From: Octopus bimaculoides
Taxonomy: Eukaryota
DNA: 32,886 bases
NCBI RefSeq assembly: GCF_001194135.2
Contig: NC_068982.1
Coordinates: 118,474,773 to 118,507,658, forward strand
Direction: 5' to 3'
Below are positions 1-13,102 of the stretch, in pieces. Within the stretch, counting starts at the first letter, position 1; the number at the start of each line of letters is the position of its first letter. The notes beneath the pieces were generated by a model. It saw only the letters and a list, made by a program, of their open reading frames with translations. It searched no databases and had not been told where the DNA came from. The translations under genes were made by a program, and so were the position numbers.

Positions 1-2384
1 TGTATTCAATTTAATTGGATCAAAAAATTTATGGCGAACACAACTTATTGTTTCTACACGATGAAATCAGTTATGTTTTTATTAATAAAAAAACACCAGT
101 TCCGGAAAAGTATCATTGTAATAGAATGGGAACTCACCACTTGATGTTTATATGCAGATCCATATTGCAATGAGTTCAGGTTTTGAAAAAGAACATTCAA
201 AATCCGGTTAATACTCACAAATAATATTTTCTGCTACTCTTAATTGTAATTATTCTTAAATGGTGACTCTGAATTATTCCATTTTCGCCGAAATTTCTTA
301 ATAATAACATTATCAAATACAAATTACTGAAGGGTAATAAAATAATACTATTATTAGCTGGCTCAATATATATTTAATAAGTACAACTATCTATTTACTC
401 TAGTCGTTGTTTGTGAATGTTACATCTCTGTATCGCTAATTGTAAACTGCACTGTTAAAATATGCTAAGAAATTTATTTTGTGTAGATGATAGTGAAAGA
501 GAATTCATGATACAAAGTAGGAAAGCCTAGAAATCAATGAAGGCTCTATATATGTCCAAAAATCTGACCTAAGACGGAATGATATTGATTACGTTTATAT
601 GCCATATATAATATTTCACATACTGGATGGAAACATACTTAATAAAATCTCTGCTGTCATATTGACATAAATAATGTTTTCATTTTAACAAAATTCACTA
701 TTGGCCAAACTTCAGACAAATTAAATATGAGATCATTCAAATTCCTAGGACTTTCACAATATGCTTAACTCTAAATACTGTCTTAGCTACAAGTGACGTC
801 CTTAATGTCATCATATACTAAGTTGTGTAAAGCTATGAGGAAACGTGTTGAAAATGTGTTACATTTATTTAGACTAATATTTTATATCAAAGTTATTGAG
901 AATCTGAACCAACACATTAGAAGACTTCTAATTTATCCCAAAAAGGATATATTTCATAAAATTAGACCCGTTTCCGTAGAAGTAACTTCGGTTAGGTCTG
1001 TGGACCAAAGTTTTAAAATGAAAAACCGACAAATTACCGACACTCAGAAAGCTCGTGTAGGCTAAGGTCTACTAAAGATGACCATGATAACCACTCCAGG
1101 TGAATATAGTATGTTAGATATAAACTAGATAAATATTGGTGGACTTCTATTTAGATAATCATTAATTTTGCAGACGTCAAACGTTTGTATTGTGGACTGC
1201 GATGATATAAAACGGTGAATTTACGACAACCAACAAATAATGAATAAAAGCGTTACCACGTTCAGAGGATAATGCCTGTGGAACCAAAGATATTCAGAAG
1301 GAAAGTAACTAAACTCCAATGCAGATACATTCATATATCTATAGGAACAGAAGATATTCATTAATATATTGAAACTATGGGTAGTGGCAGGCTTAGAATA
1401 AATTCAGAGATATTTACAAATGACATTAATTTTAGCATTATCGAGAATCTAATGACAAGTGAAAGATTTGTAAATATGTTTTTAATCAAGTTAGAATTCG
1501 AATATCTCATTATTCTAAATGGTTTAGTCCAATCTATTATTAAACATATGGTATAATCATCTTCATAGAAATGTGTGTTCATTACTGCTTCCTATTTTAC
1601 AAATAACATGAAATACTCAGCCAGCTCTCATATCCGCCAGCGTCAATATAGACGAAGATATATAGTTTAATCCGGCTGAAGTTTAATATTACGATACTTA
1701 CAAGTAACGTCTACTTAAATTGAAGTTCCAAGCATTTCTTATGAATCATGGATTTTTTGCACTCTTTTAACCATCTTAATTCCAGAACCAATGATAGTTA
1801 TACATTCAAATGTATTTATTAATGCATTTTCTAAAATAATTACCTCCTTACAGCTAATTGCTTTCAAAAATGGTATTAAGTTCAAAAGTGTTATTGAATG
1901 AAATAGAAATTCATTCAGAAATTCTATATGATTGTCCTTGAATAAGTGTGAATTTTTTTTTTTTTTTTACTGATATATTTAAACAATCAAGAATGCAATA
2001 AATGGAATTTAAAGTCTTTTCAAGCACATTTGGTTTGTAAGAATATAAGGATTTATAACATCTAAATTTCAGTGGTCAGTCCTACCCATAGGAACTCTCC
2101 TTATGTGTCAATTATTTTCATAGACACTCCTAATTAAAGGAATAATCAAAAATATTTCACTATTGTGAACACATTAATAACATTGAGTTGGTTACTTAAT
2201 GAATGTATACGGTTAGTTCCAGCTGTACTATTTATTCAAGATTTTATTATACAATGTCACGTGCAAGTATAAGTGTTTAACAACAGTTTTAAATATTTTT
2301 AAAGATGCCTAGATGTCACAAATTGTCCTGAAAGCACATTTAGAACTGTAAACTATTTACAATATGAGCGGACACACACTTCCT

Positions 2385-2498
2385 AATTATGAAAGACACA
2401 CACAGACACACAAACTCACACACACATACACACACACACACACACAAACTCACACACACACAAACTCACAAACACACACACACACACACACACACACA
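2385..2498. repeat. (CA)n / (ACACAA)-type microsatellite running into an assembly gap (N 2499-3097)
   Basis: Repeat visible directly; followed by an N-run, then (TA)n at 3098-3134. Confidence 0.95.
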
Positions 2499-3097
2499 NN
2501 NNNNNNNNNNNNNNNNNNNNNNNNNNNNNNNNNNNNNNNNNNNNNNNNNNNNNNNNNNNNNNNNNNNNNNNNNNNNNNNNNNNNNNNNNNNNNNNNNNNN
2601 NNNNNNNNNNNNNNNNNNNNNNNNNNNNNNNNNNNNNNNNNNNNNNNNNNNNNNNNNNNNNNNNNNNNNNNNNNNNNNNNNNNNNNNNNNNNNNNNNNNN
2701 NNNNNNNNNNNNNNNNNNNNNNNNNNNNNNNNNNNNNNNNNNNNNNNNNNNNNNNNNNNNNNNNNNNNNNNNNNNNNNNNNNNNNNNNNNNNNNNNNNNN
2801 NNNNNNNNNNNNNNNNNNNNNNNNNNNNNNNNNNNNNNNNNNNNNNNNNNNNNNNNNNNNNNNNNNNNNNNNNNNNNNNNNNNNNNNNNNNNNNNNNNNN
2901 NNNNNNNNNNNNNNNNNNNNNNNNNNNNNNNNNNNNNNNNNNNNNNNNNNNNNNNNNNNNNNNNNNNNNNNNNNNNNNNNNNNNNNNNNNNNNNNNNNNN
3001 NNNNNNNNNNNNNNNNNNNNNNNNNNNNNNNNNNNNNNNNNNNNNNNNNNNNNNNNNNNNNNNNNNNNNNNNNNNNNNNNNNNNNNNNNNNNNNNNN

Positions 3098-3139
<42 letters not shown>

Positions 3140-3832
3140 GTATGTGTGTGGGCATACATATGTATATATATGAACTTTGTTGTATGTGTTATGTGTGTAT
3201 GTGTTTGTGTGTATGTGTGTGTGCAGACATCCTGATATAGTTTCGTAAACCCTCCGGATAATTTCATATCCTACGATATAAAACATTTCAGATATTCTCA
3301 ACTCATACTAACTTTTATAAATCCACAAGCCTACTTCATCCAACAAGTCTTATATTAGGTAGATTTGGATTCTAAATCTGGCAAGCTTAGTAAATAATTT
3401 GATGTACTATTGTTGGTTTGCAGTGTTACTTATAAATATATTTAAATATTTAAACACGCTCATTTCTGTTTATGTTGTTAAATCAATGATTTATATAAAT
3501 TGATACATAGTTTTCACTGTATTCGATTTATTTGAAAGCATAACACGTATCTAATTAACTTGCACTTCTTTTCTGCGAATGCTCAGTATAGAGGTGCAAA
3601 GGGAGTATATCTGTCACCAGAGAATATCTTTGCGTTACATCATGTATTGTGGTAATTTTCTAACGTATAATTTTGTTACACTTCTTATTGAGAGTTTTAC
3701 TGCGTGCAGTTTATTACATATACACTCACACGTACATGCCCATGAATGTACGTATAGACATCCACAAAAGAGTATGGATATGTTAGTTTGTTTTCAGCAC
3801 TTGTGTGTGAGAGTGTCTTTGTGCGTGTGACT

Positions 3833-4040
3833 ATATATATATATATATATATNNNNNNNNNNNNNNNNNNNNNNNNNNNNNNNNNNNNNNNNNNNNNNNN
3901 NNNNNNNNNNNNNNNNNNNNNNNNNNNNNNNNNNNNNNNNNNNNNNNNNNNNNNNNNNNNNNNNNNNNNNNNNNNNNNNNNNNNNNNNNNNNNNNNNNNN
4001 NNNNNNNNNNNNNNNNNNNNNNNNNNNNNNNNNNNNNNNN

Positions 4041-4083
<43 letters not shown>

Positions 4084-4095
4084 AGGGAGGGAGGC
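3833..4095. repeat. (TA)n, N-gap (3853-4040), then (GA)n/(GGGA)n compound microsatellite
   Basis: Direct reading. Confidence 0.95.
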
Positions 4096-6324
4096 CCACA
4101 TACATATTACACGTCAACTATCGACTATTTTCAAATCTGTCTGTTCTGAAATCAATTATGAAACGAAATAAATTGTATTTGCATTTAATTAATTCAATAT
4201 TGAGAAATTTACCCAATATCTCAGGTGAATACAATATCTCGGTCATGGTGACGTGTACAATGTGAGAATTCTTTCGATTAATATCATACACTTTACTCTG
4301 CCTGTTGACTTCTAACGTTATATATATGAAACGTTGTTTGCTGCCTCTATATTTGAATAACAATAGGGTTTGATTACTCGAAATATTTTGAATATCAGAA
4401 GTATCCACATTAATAATGAAATATATTATCATTAAATTATTTAAGGCCTTGGCAAATCGTTTGTACTTCAGTCTCTCCACACCGCAACCCCGACAACTTC
4501 GGAAATTTCTAGAATATTAGCCTTTATCAACACAGCAAAGGACTGATCCAGACACTTGAAAATAACTATGTCTAATATGTGATTTACGTTTCATTCAGTT
4601 GAACCCTGCTTGTAAAAATATACAATATAAACAACCCACTATAATGACGGGAAGCCTGTCGAATTCAAATAACATGTAGGATTTCAAGATAGATAATGCT
4701 TAGAACTAAATTCAGAAGTAAAATAACCGTTAACTTTGGAGCGATCTCTGGAGGAATATCTCTGAGAATACATTTTCCTCCGATAGGGCGTGAGGGTAAA
4801 ATAGAAATTTCTAGAAAGCCTTTATATCCGATTAAACGTGAATGTTTTTTTAACATGCCGAATACTGCCAAATTTACATTGTGGAGACCTGCCGTATTGA
4901 CGCATGTTCCATAAAAGCATACATATTTAAATCTTTGGCAGACGAGAAACGTCTGATACGGGTACTAGAGCTGCCAGATAAAATTATTTCAACGTACCAT
5001 GTCTCCTTAGTGGCAGACCTCCAGCAACCGCACACCAGCTGCATCTCACTGCCAAAGATATTCTGAATTTCATTGATTTTTCAGGCACTGGTGTTGCAAA
5101 TAGCCAGCAGGTTTATTAAAAATTAATTATTAGCGTCAGAATCAGAATTAATACCAAAAAGCAATCTTTGTAACCAACATAATGTGAATGTCCTGTCAGA
5201 ACGCTGAATGCTACATTTTTTTACCTCAAAAAGACGTCCCCTAAACTGGACGCATTGTTCGGAAAAGCCCACATACTTAAGTTGGATATAAGGATGGCTT
5301 TTAGATATTAATGGTGTTTCTGTTGCTAATAATTATTTATTTAACAAAACTGATGTCTCTTTAGAAAATCAGTGCCTGAAAAGTTATTGAAGTTCTACAT
5401 ATCGTTGGCTGTAAAATCCGCCTGGTACGCGGCTACCTGACGCCTGCTATTGTGTTGACGGGATACTTCGAAATCTCGCATTTCCGGTGCCAATAACAGG
5501 CGATATAAATATTGTGCATTTATTCACGATGTATCCATACCTCTCAAGGCAAACAATGTTGTATTCAGCGTTCTAACAAAGTGTCTATGTTAAGTTACAT
5601 GTGATGTTTGTCTTTTGGTATTAACATGGCTTCCGTCGTTAATAATTATCTTGAAAATTTGGCTTATATCTCTTTGCGCTCTTCGTTACTTGTATATTTC
5701 TGAATCAAGAATTGGAAGAAAAGCATTTCACTGAAACATTTAAATAATACCCCCGCCTCGGTACCTAAACCAAAATTCGTAAGAGTTTGGATTAGGGACC
5801 TCTCTGATAAATTTAACTGGATATGCTTTATGGACCGATTCCTGAATATACAGCAAGGTAATGAATAATCACATTATACTTGCTCAATGGACTGAAAAGA
5901 AAGCTCCTTTTGTATAATCAATACTTGAAATCAAAATACATAACCTTATACACACAAGCGTACCACAAGCGCACTCACTAAGTTTTTTCATAAGTGCAGC
6001 ACATAATACTCCTCAAGAATTGGGCAAACACCGCTTTAAAAATAATTTGATTTGATTTAAGAATTATGAACTTATTGATGATTATCCAAATGTGAGAGAG
6101 CTGTTGAGCACAAATAAAATATACTTATATGTGAAGTCCCTGCTTATCTGACTTTGTTCTAAATATATTGCTCGATTAGACCACCTTTAGCCTGTTATAT
6201 TCATTCACACAAATCACTGCCACTTCGATTTAATAATGTATTGTAGTTTCCAAACGTTTTCAACTGAAATTGCTGTGACTGTGTTTATACTTTCTAATGT
6301 CTGTACACCATTTCTGTCGCTCTG

Positions 6325-6503
6325 TACTGTGTGTGTGTGTGTGCGTATGTGCATATGTATATAAATACATATACACCCATATATATCAATATGTATATCT
6401 ATATATAAATATACATATATATATAAATATATGTATATTGACACACACACGCATGCAAGCACAAGTACACACTCACACACGCACGTACACACACAACTTC
6501 ACC

Positions 6504-6536
<33 letters not shown>

Positions 6537-6745
6537 NNNNNNNNNNNNNNNNNNNNNNNNNNNNNNNNNNNNNNNNNNNNNNNNNNNNNNNNNNNNNNNN
6601 NNNNNNNNNNNNNNNNNNNNNNNNNNNNNNNNNNNNNNNNNNNNNNNNNNNNNNNNNNNNNNNNNNNNNNNNNNNNNNNNNNNNNNNNNNNNNNNNNNNN
6701 NNNNNNNNNNNNNNNNNNNNNNNNNNNNNATATATATACACACAC
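6325..6745. repeat. Degenerate (GT)/(TA)/(CA) microsatellite field with N-gap (about 6537-6729)
   Basis: Direct reading. Confidence 0.9.
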
Positions 6746-6798
6746 AATGTGTGAAAATAAGTAAGCATTAAAGATTGGTAATAAAATCCATATTCCTT

Positions 6799-7500
6799 TT
6801 ACGAATTTATTGAAACAAATGACACGTGTTCACTATTACATGAGAAAATGATTGTAAATCTGCAAATTTCAATGTCAGCACCGGTGGCTTCGACCAATTT
6901 CCTGAAACGTCCAGGAGTGGAGTGAACAACCTTCTGAAGAACGTCGTCTGGGATATCATTGAGACTCTCCTGAATCCCTGTCTCCAAGTCCTCCAGTATG
7001 CGAGGTTTGTATTGTACACTTCTGAACACTTCCTCTTTTGTGTAACCCCACAGGTAAAAATCATATGAAATAAGTTCTGGACTTCTTGGAGTTCTGGGCT
7101 TCTGGACTTCAGCAGTTACAATCATCAGGTTTTAGCTCCTACACGTTTTTCCACGAACAAATATTCAGTATTTTATGCAACACCGTCACCGTACGTATTG
7201 TGTCTTGTCAGTCCACGCTCATGAGCTGCTGGACGTGTTGATTTTTGTAGGCTGCGATTAAACATTTCTTGCACTGTTGACACGTTTTCCGCTGATCGGG
7301 ATGTTGTTGGACGGTCACTTCTTGCATTGTTTGCTGAACCCGTGGTCGCCCAGCTTTGCATGACAACTTTTTATCTTGGGACGTAGTGTTGCATGCTTAA
7401 TTTTCCATACACGCTACCATCGCTGAATCAAAACAATAGAATTCCACACTTCATAGCAGGCTATCTTAGTTTGCTCCTGAACAGTGAAGCGAGCGGCCAT
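6799..7500 (-). mobile_element. Degenerate, internally deleted Tc1/mariner-superfamily transposase (non-autonomous copy)
   Basis: Minus strand starts MAARFTVQEQTKIAC at the ATG at 7500. It continues through frameshifts into TTGSANNARSDRPTTSRSAENV..STRPAAHERGLTRH (N-terminal HTH region) and TVTVLHKILN..ELKPDDC. It then jumps to PRSPELISYDFYLWGYTKEEVF..KPRILEDL..LQKVVHSTPGRFRKLVEATGADIE, matching the mariner C-terminal WPPRSPDLTPxDFFLWGYxK motif. TIRs cannot be checked because gaps lie on both sides. Confidence 0.9.
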
Positions 7501-7519
7501 CGGCAAATTAAGAAATATG

Positions 7520-7890
7520 TTGGCACTCCGTCATTTACGACGTCGAGGGTTCCGATCAGCAAAACAGCCTGCTCGTGAAATTAACGTGCAAGTGGCTGAG
7601 CACTCCACAGACACGTGTACCCTTAACGTAGTTCTCGGGGATATTCAGCGTGACACAGTGTGTCAAGGCCGACTCTTTGAATTACAGGCACAACAGAAAA
7701 ACGAAGTAAGAGTGAGAGAAAGTTGTGGTGAAAAGGTACAGCAGGGTTCGACACCATCCCTTGCTGGAACCTCGTGGAGCTGTAGGTGTTTTCGCTCAAT
7801 AAACACTCACAACGCCCGGTCTGGGAATCGAAACCGCGATCCTATGACCGCGAGTCCACTGCCCTAATCACTGGGCCATTGCGCCCCCGC
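7520..7890 (-). mobile_element. Full-length tRNA-derived SINE (Octopus-type) with 11-bp target-site duplication
   Basis: Minus-strand head has A-box TGGCCCAGTGA (7868-7878) and B-box GGTTTCGATTCCC (7823-7835). Direct repeat TAAGAAATATG at 7509-7519 and 7891-7901. Its 3' half matches a second copy at 10131-10300. Confidence 0.9.
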
Positions 7891-8131
7891 TAAGAAATAT
7901 GAAATAAGACAAAAAACAAAGATTGAAATCCCTATTAGTGTTGTCTTTGAAAAAATGTTNNNNNNNNNNNNNNNNNNNNNNNNNNNNNNNNNNNNNNNNN
8001 NNNNNNNNNNNNNNNNNNNNNNNNNNNNNNNNNNNNNNNNNNNNNNNNNNNNNNNNNNNNNNNNNNNNNNNNNNNNNNNNNNNNNNNNNNNNNNNNNNNN
8101 NNNNNNNNNNNNNNNNNNNNNNNNNNNNNNN

Positions 8132-8166
<35 letters not shown>

Positions 8167-9124
8167 TAATGTGGACATATAGTTTGGATTGAGTCATATA
8201 TTTTTATACATCTGTATTTATTCGCGTTTTATAGATAAAAGTTTTATGAAATGTTTGTGGGTGTTGACATATAAATTAATAAACGTGTTATAATTAGTTT
8301 CTTCAGGCTTGCATTCTATTATTTGCTTCAAAATACCTTGTGTATAATAATTTCAAAATTCAATCAAACCAAACTGTGCATTCATTTTTCAAATTATATT
8401 TCCCATAATATATAAATACCCTGCTCTTGGGTACGCAATATACATGAATGTACCGATGATTTGAAATATGCTTCTTATGCAACGTTATGCAACATACGAT
8501 GTAATCATTATCAAATATGCCTACCAGAAACGTTTTTTTTTTCGATGAAACTCTATCACTTGTACACCATTCTACAGAAACAGCTTATTTTCAACTCGTG
8601 TCATATACAGTTTTGTGAGCCATGAATCACTCTCCTAAACTACATTATACAAATATTTCTGTTGTAGAACGAAATATAAATATTCGCATATAAAAGTAAA
8701 TAACCCTTAATGAAGAAAAAGAAAGATGCATTTGAGAATGAAAAAAGGTTTTTTTCTTTCTTTTATATCAAAGAGAAAATGTGTTTACCACTGCGTATTT
8801 TAAGCATTCAGGTAAACCTGAATCTGGAAATATCAATTACAAAGAAATTTAAGTACTCATTGTGTTTTCATCTTGGGTTTGTTTTTCAATTCATATAAAA
8901 TTTTAAATATCTCAGAATTACACTATAAAGTATCTTATATGTCTAAAACTATGATTCACTCAAGATCTCGCTTAGAATTACCTTAGAATTACCTCATTTA
9001 GAATTATAAGTTACGTACTAATTATACAATATCTACATACTAATTTTCTTTCAAATTCTTCCATATCTATAGTAACGCATATACAAAGAGGGACATACGA
9101 TAACTGGTGTGTATACATCCATAC

Positions 9125-9156
9125 TGATATAAACATATAATACATACATACGTTCG

Positions 9157-9197
<41 letters not shown>
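9125..9197. repeat. (TACA)/(TA)n microsatellite before N-gap 9198-9592
   Basis: Direct reading. Confidence 0.9.
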
Positions 9198-10130
9198 NNN
9201 NNNNNNNNNNNNNNNNNNNNNNNNNNNNNNNNNNNNNNNNNNNNNNNNNNNNNNNNNNNNNNNNNNNNNNNNNNNNNNNNNNNNNNNNNNNNNNNNNNNN
9301 NNNNNNNNNNNNNNNNNNNNNNNNNNNNNNNNNNNNNNNNNNNNNNNNNNNNNNNNNNNNNNNNNNNNNNNNNNNNNNNNNNNNNNNNNNNNNNNNNNNN
9401 NNNNNNNNNNNNNNNNNNNNNNNNNNNNNNNNNNNNNNNNNNNNNNNNNNNNNNNNNNNNNNNNNNNNNNNNNNNNNNNNNNNNNNNNNNNNNNNNNNNN
9501 NNNNNNNNNNNNNNNNNNNNNNNNNNNNNNNNNNNNNNNNNNNNNNNNNNNNNNNNNNNNNNNNNNNNNNNNNNNNNNNNNNNNNNNNNNNNGTGTGTAA
9601 CGCTCAAAATCCTGCAACACGAAACTGACTTCCATTGACTATTCTTGTTATCAGTCTAGAATGTAATCAGAATGATAATTTGAGAAGACATTCAACAGAA
9701 AAAAGAAAACAAGCATCATCCACACCAATTTCATGAATGGAGAAAATCATTTTCTATAGGTACAGATTACAACATATATGTCTAGTAGCCATAAACTTCC
9801 AGAAAATTTCTCTTTGATCAACATCGATTCCTTAGTATGTTGTGTAGCCCTGTCCAGGGAAACTATTTTTAGATGCTCATGATAAATAGTAGCAGATTCT
9901 GTATCAGCACTGCCAGATTCACCAGTCATTTTTATATTGTGCTAATTCAGACACTTAATGAACTTTTAAAATCTTGTTGTAGAAAGTTTATGAATTCAAA
10001 AATTTTATCCGAGTTGTTACGACGATAAATTTAGAATACTCATTAGACGTGTTACTTTACAATTTCTCTATGCATAAAACTCCTTTATCATGTGTTGTCG
10101 TAACACCTCTTTATATATATGTATATTACT

Positions 10131-10455
10131 TTGGCACTCCGTCGGTTACGACGACGTATGTTCCACTTGATCTGATCAACAGAGCAGTCTGTTCATGAAA
10201 TTAACGTGCAAGTAGCTGAGTACACCACCATCATATTTACCATTAACGTAGATCTGAAGGGGATTCATCATGACGCAGAATGTGACAAGCCTGTCCCTTG
10301 GAAATGCAAGAAATAATATTTCTTGCTCGCTGAATGGATTGCAGTAATGCAAAAATTAAATGTCTTCTTCAGAGACACAACGAGTTACCGTATTTCGAAC
10401 TCACGACTTTACGATGATACGCAAACCACGAATACGCAAACGCACGAACCCCACG
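10131..10455 (-). mobile_element. Diverged tRNA-derived SINE sharing its 3' half with the 7520-7890 SINE but with a different 5' half
   Basis: ttggcactccgtcggttacgacgac..gaaattaacgtgcaagt.gctgag.ac.cca.. aligns with 7520 onward for about 170 bp. B-box-like GAGTTCGAAATAC on the minus strand at 10390-10402. Confidence 0.8.
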
Positions 10456-10479
10456 TGTCCTAACTGACGTTCATACATT

Positions 10480-10504
10480 CACACATACACACACATAAAT
10501 ATAT

Positions 10505-10537
<33 letters not shown>

Positions 10538-10978
10538 NNNNNNNNNNNNNNNNNNNNNNNNNNNNNNNNNNNNNNNNNNNNNNNNNNNNNNNNNNNNNNN
10601 NNNNNNNNNNNNNNNNNNNNNNNNNNNNNNNNNNNNNNNNNNNNNNNNNNNNNNNNNNNNNNNNNNNNNNNNNNNNNNNNNNNNNNNNNNNNNNNNNNNN
10701 NNNNNNNNNNNNNNNNNNNNNNNNNNNNNNNNNNNNNNNNNNNNNNNNNNNNNNNNNNNNNNNNNNNNNNNNNNNNNNNNNNNNNNNNNNNNNNNNNNNN
10801 NNNNNNNNNNNNNNNNNNNNNNNNNNNNNNNNNNNNNNNNNNNNNNNNNNNNNNNNNNNNNNNNNNNNNNNNNNNNNNNNNNNNNNNNNNNNNNNNNNNN
10901 NNNNNNNNNNNNNNNNNNNNNNNNNNNNNNNNNNNNNNNNNNNNNNNNNNNNNNNNNNNNNNNNNNNNNNNNNNNNNN

Positions 10979-11012
<34 letters not shown>

Positions 11013-11105
11013 GTCATGGATTACACTTGATAACGTTAACGACACACATACATATACATACACTTATGTATGAAAATATACGGATTCATGAATATATAGA
11101 TGCAT

Positions 11106-11137
<32 letters not shown>

Positions 11138-11140
11138 TGG
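10480..11140. repeat. (CA)/(TA)n microsatellites flanking N-gap 10538-10978
   Basis: Direct reading. Confidence 0.9.
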
Positions 11141-13043
11141 TATGTGACTCTGTGTAAATATGTATGCGTGAACAAGATATAAGAACGCGAAATTAATATT
11201 ATTATGTGAATTATATTATTTATTGGAAGGTGAGGTTTCACACATAAATCACACTTTATCGCTGCCAATCTTGAGAGAATAGTGAAAACTGAAACAATAA
11301 AATCTAATGTATAATAAACATAGAGTAAAAATATTTCGATATCCTAGTCACTGCTGGTTGAATATTATGGTCTAACAAATAAATATTATTAGATAACGTC
11401 TCAAACTAATTCATGAAAGAATATTCAGACTACCACTTCGACCCGTAAAAAAGCTCAATACAGAATACAAACTAATGCAGTTGGTATTAATGATTAGTAT
11501 TAGGACATATCCCGTATCTTTACCAAACCAATTCTTATGATCTGAAATTTACTCACCAGCTCCTTCATTTCTAGAGAAATGCATTCGCTCCAATAGCTTC
11601 TTTCTCACATTCAGCTTCCATTCTTCAAAAAATTATATAGTTACCACCAAATCTGGGATCCAACTGGGATTGAGTTTGTAATGTAGAGCTCAGTTTTTGT
11701 AAAGCGGAGGATAATACTAATCCATTCTAGTAGAGTATCGCAAGAATTCTTTTAATATATTCTTCAACATTTTTAATTGACGTTTCATGCACCAGAAATG
11801 CCGGCAAGTGCCAGGTTCAATGATTTATTATTATTATTTTTTATTCATTTACGTTTATCTTCCCTACGAAAACCGTTATTTAAATTTTCGATATAGATAC
11901 GTTCAAGAAAATTCCCTTGCAGCTCTGTGTTATTGAAATTACCATCTCGTCCAATTTCAAAAAAGTCTTCTAGCATGACTATAAACTATGTATACTTTGC
12001 GGTATTTTTGGCTTTAGTATTCTGTCGATATTACTAGCATAGTTAATTTATTCGAGAGACTGGATCAGTTGAGGGACACGCTTTAGTACTGAGCTTTTGA
12101 GATTTGACAAGAATTCGATTCATTTTTAGGCTGTCTATCGAGTTAATTTGCTTATTGTGACCGTTACACAACTTAAAGCTTCCTTGGAACGTTATGTGAG
12201 ATGGTACCAGATAAAGACAACTAATTCTTCGGAATATATGATATTGCTTACATTAGAGAGGTTACTCTCTCTAAAAACACGCCAAGCACACTTGCTTATA
12301 TTTCACGAAAATATATGACCATGTGAATTGAGTTACATAGAAATATGTACGGCAGATTGTGTACGATGTGAATTATAGTAAAAATAAATCTATGCTTATT
12401 TGTGACATATTTATTCCATATTGAAAATAAATCCTTTCATATGAATGGGTGAAACTCTTACTCAAACAATGAACCATAACTTGAAATGTAGTGCCAGCAA
12501 TCTCTGTGCAGCAAAATCCAACGCAGCAATTACATACAAAGGACATTTAACTTGTCTTTACACATTGTAATGTACATTCAGAGGGTGTCGAATATATATT
12601 GCATTATACGATTTAGTGCAATTTTTACAAAATATTTGCATTGTGTGCACCTTGTGTGAAACTGCAAAACAATCGTCTGTTATTTATAAGTAGGACGCAC
12701 TATATTCTCTCATTTATTCAATAGTGGCATAATTATCTAAAATATATACAGCTTTAGTATGATAACAACAATTGTTGTGAACAGTTTAGATCTGTAGCAA
12801 AATATCTATATTGGAATAGATAAATATTTATAAAGATTGCAAATATGAAATAAATATATATTCTACGCTATAAAAGAGAAAACTCCACTTTCACACGTTT
12901 GTCTTTCAATGTTTGTATTTCTGTTGCTGAATTACAGTAAACTAATATTTCTATCAACATATTATCAACCCGTCAATACAGGAGCAGCACATTTAAGCGG
13001 GAAAATGTACAAACAAATATCATATAAATTAGTTAGTTAATGA

Positions 13044-13045
<2 letters not shown>

Positions 13046-13102
<57 letters not shown>
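13046..13102 (+). repeat. (TAA)n microsatellite
   Basis: About 19 perfect TAA units. Confidence 0.97.

Noticed and set aside
793-1582. ORFs 793-1065 (+) and 1361-1582 (-), and a 41-nt AG/GT-bounded segment at 1174-1214
   Set aside because: AT-rich composition, no recognisable motif, stops in the extending frames, and only moderate splice signals
4665-5066. Three overlapping short ORFs of 61-72 aa
   Set aside because: Checked frames on both strands and found no TE or cellular motif; these lengths are expected by chance
9747-9929. 60-aa minus-strand ORF MTGESGSADTES..
   Set aside because: In-frame stop four codons upstream, no splice support, no motif
11557-11570. Minus-strand 14-nt AG..GTGAGT-bounded segment (could encode MKEL)
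   Set aside because: The pyrimidine tract is only about 8 nt and other AGs lie close upstream. It shows that micro-exon-like patterns arise by chance here, which is a caution for the plus-strand candidates.
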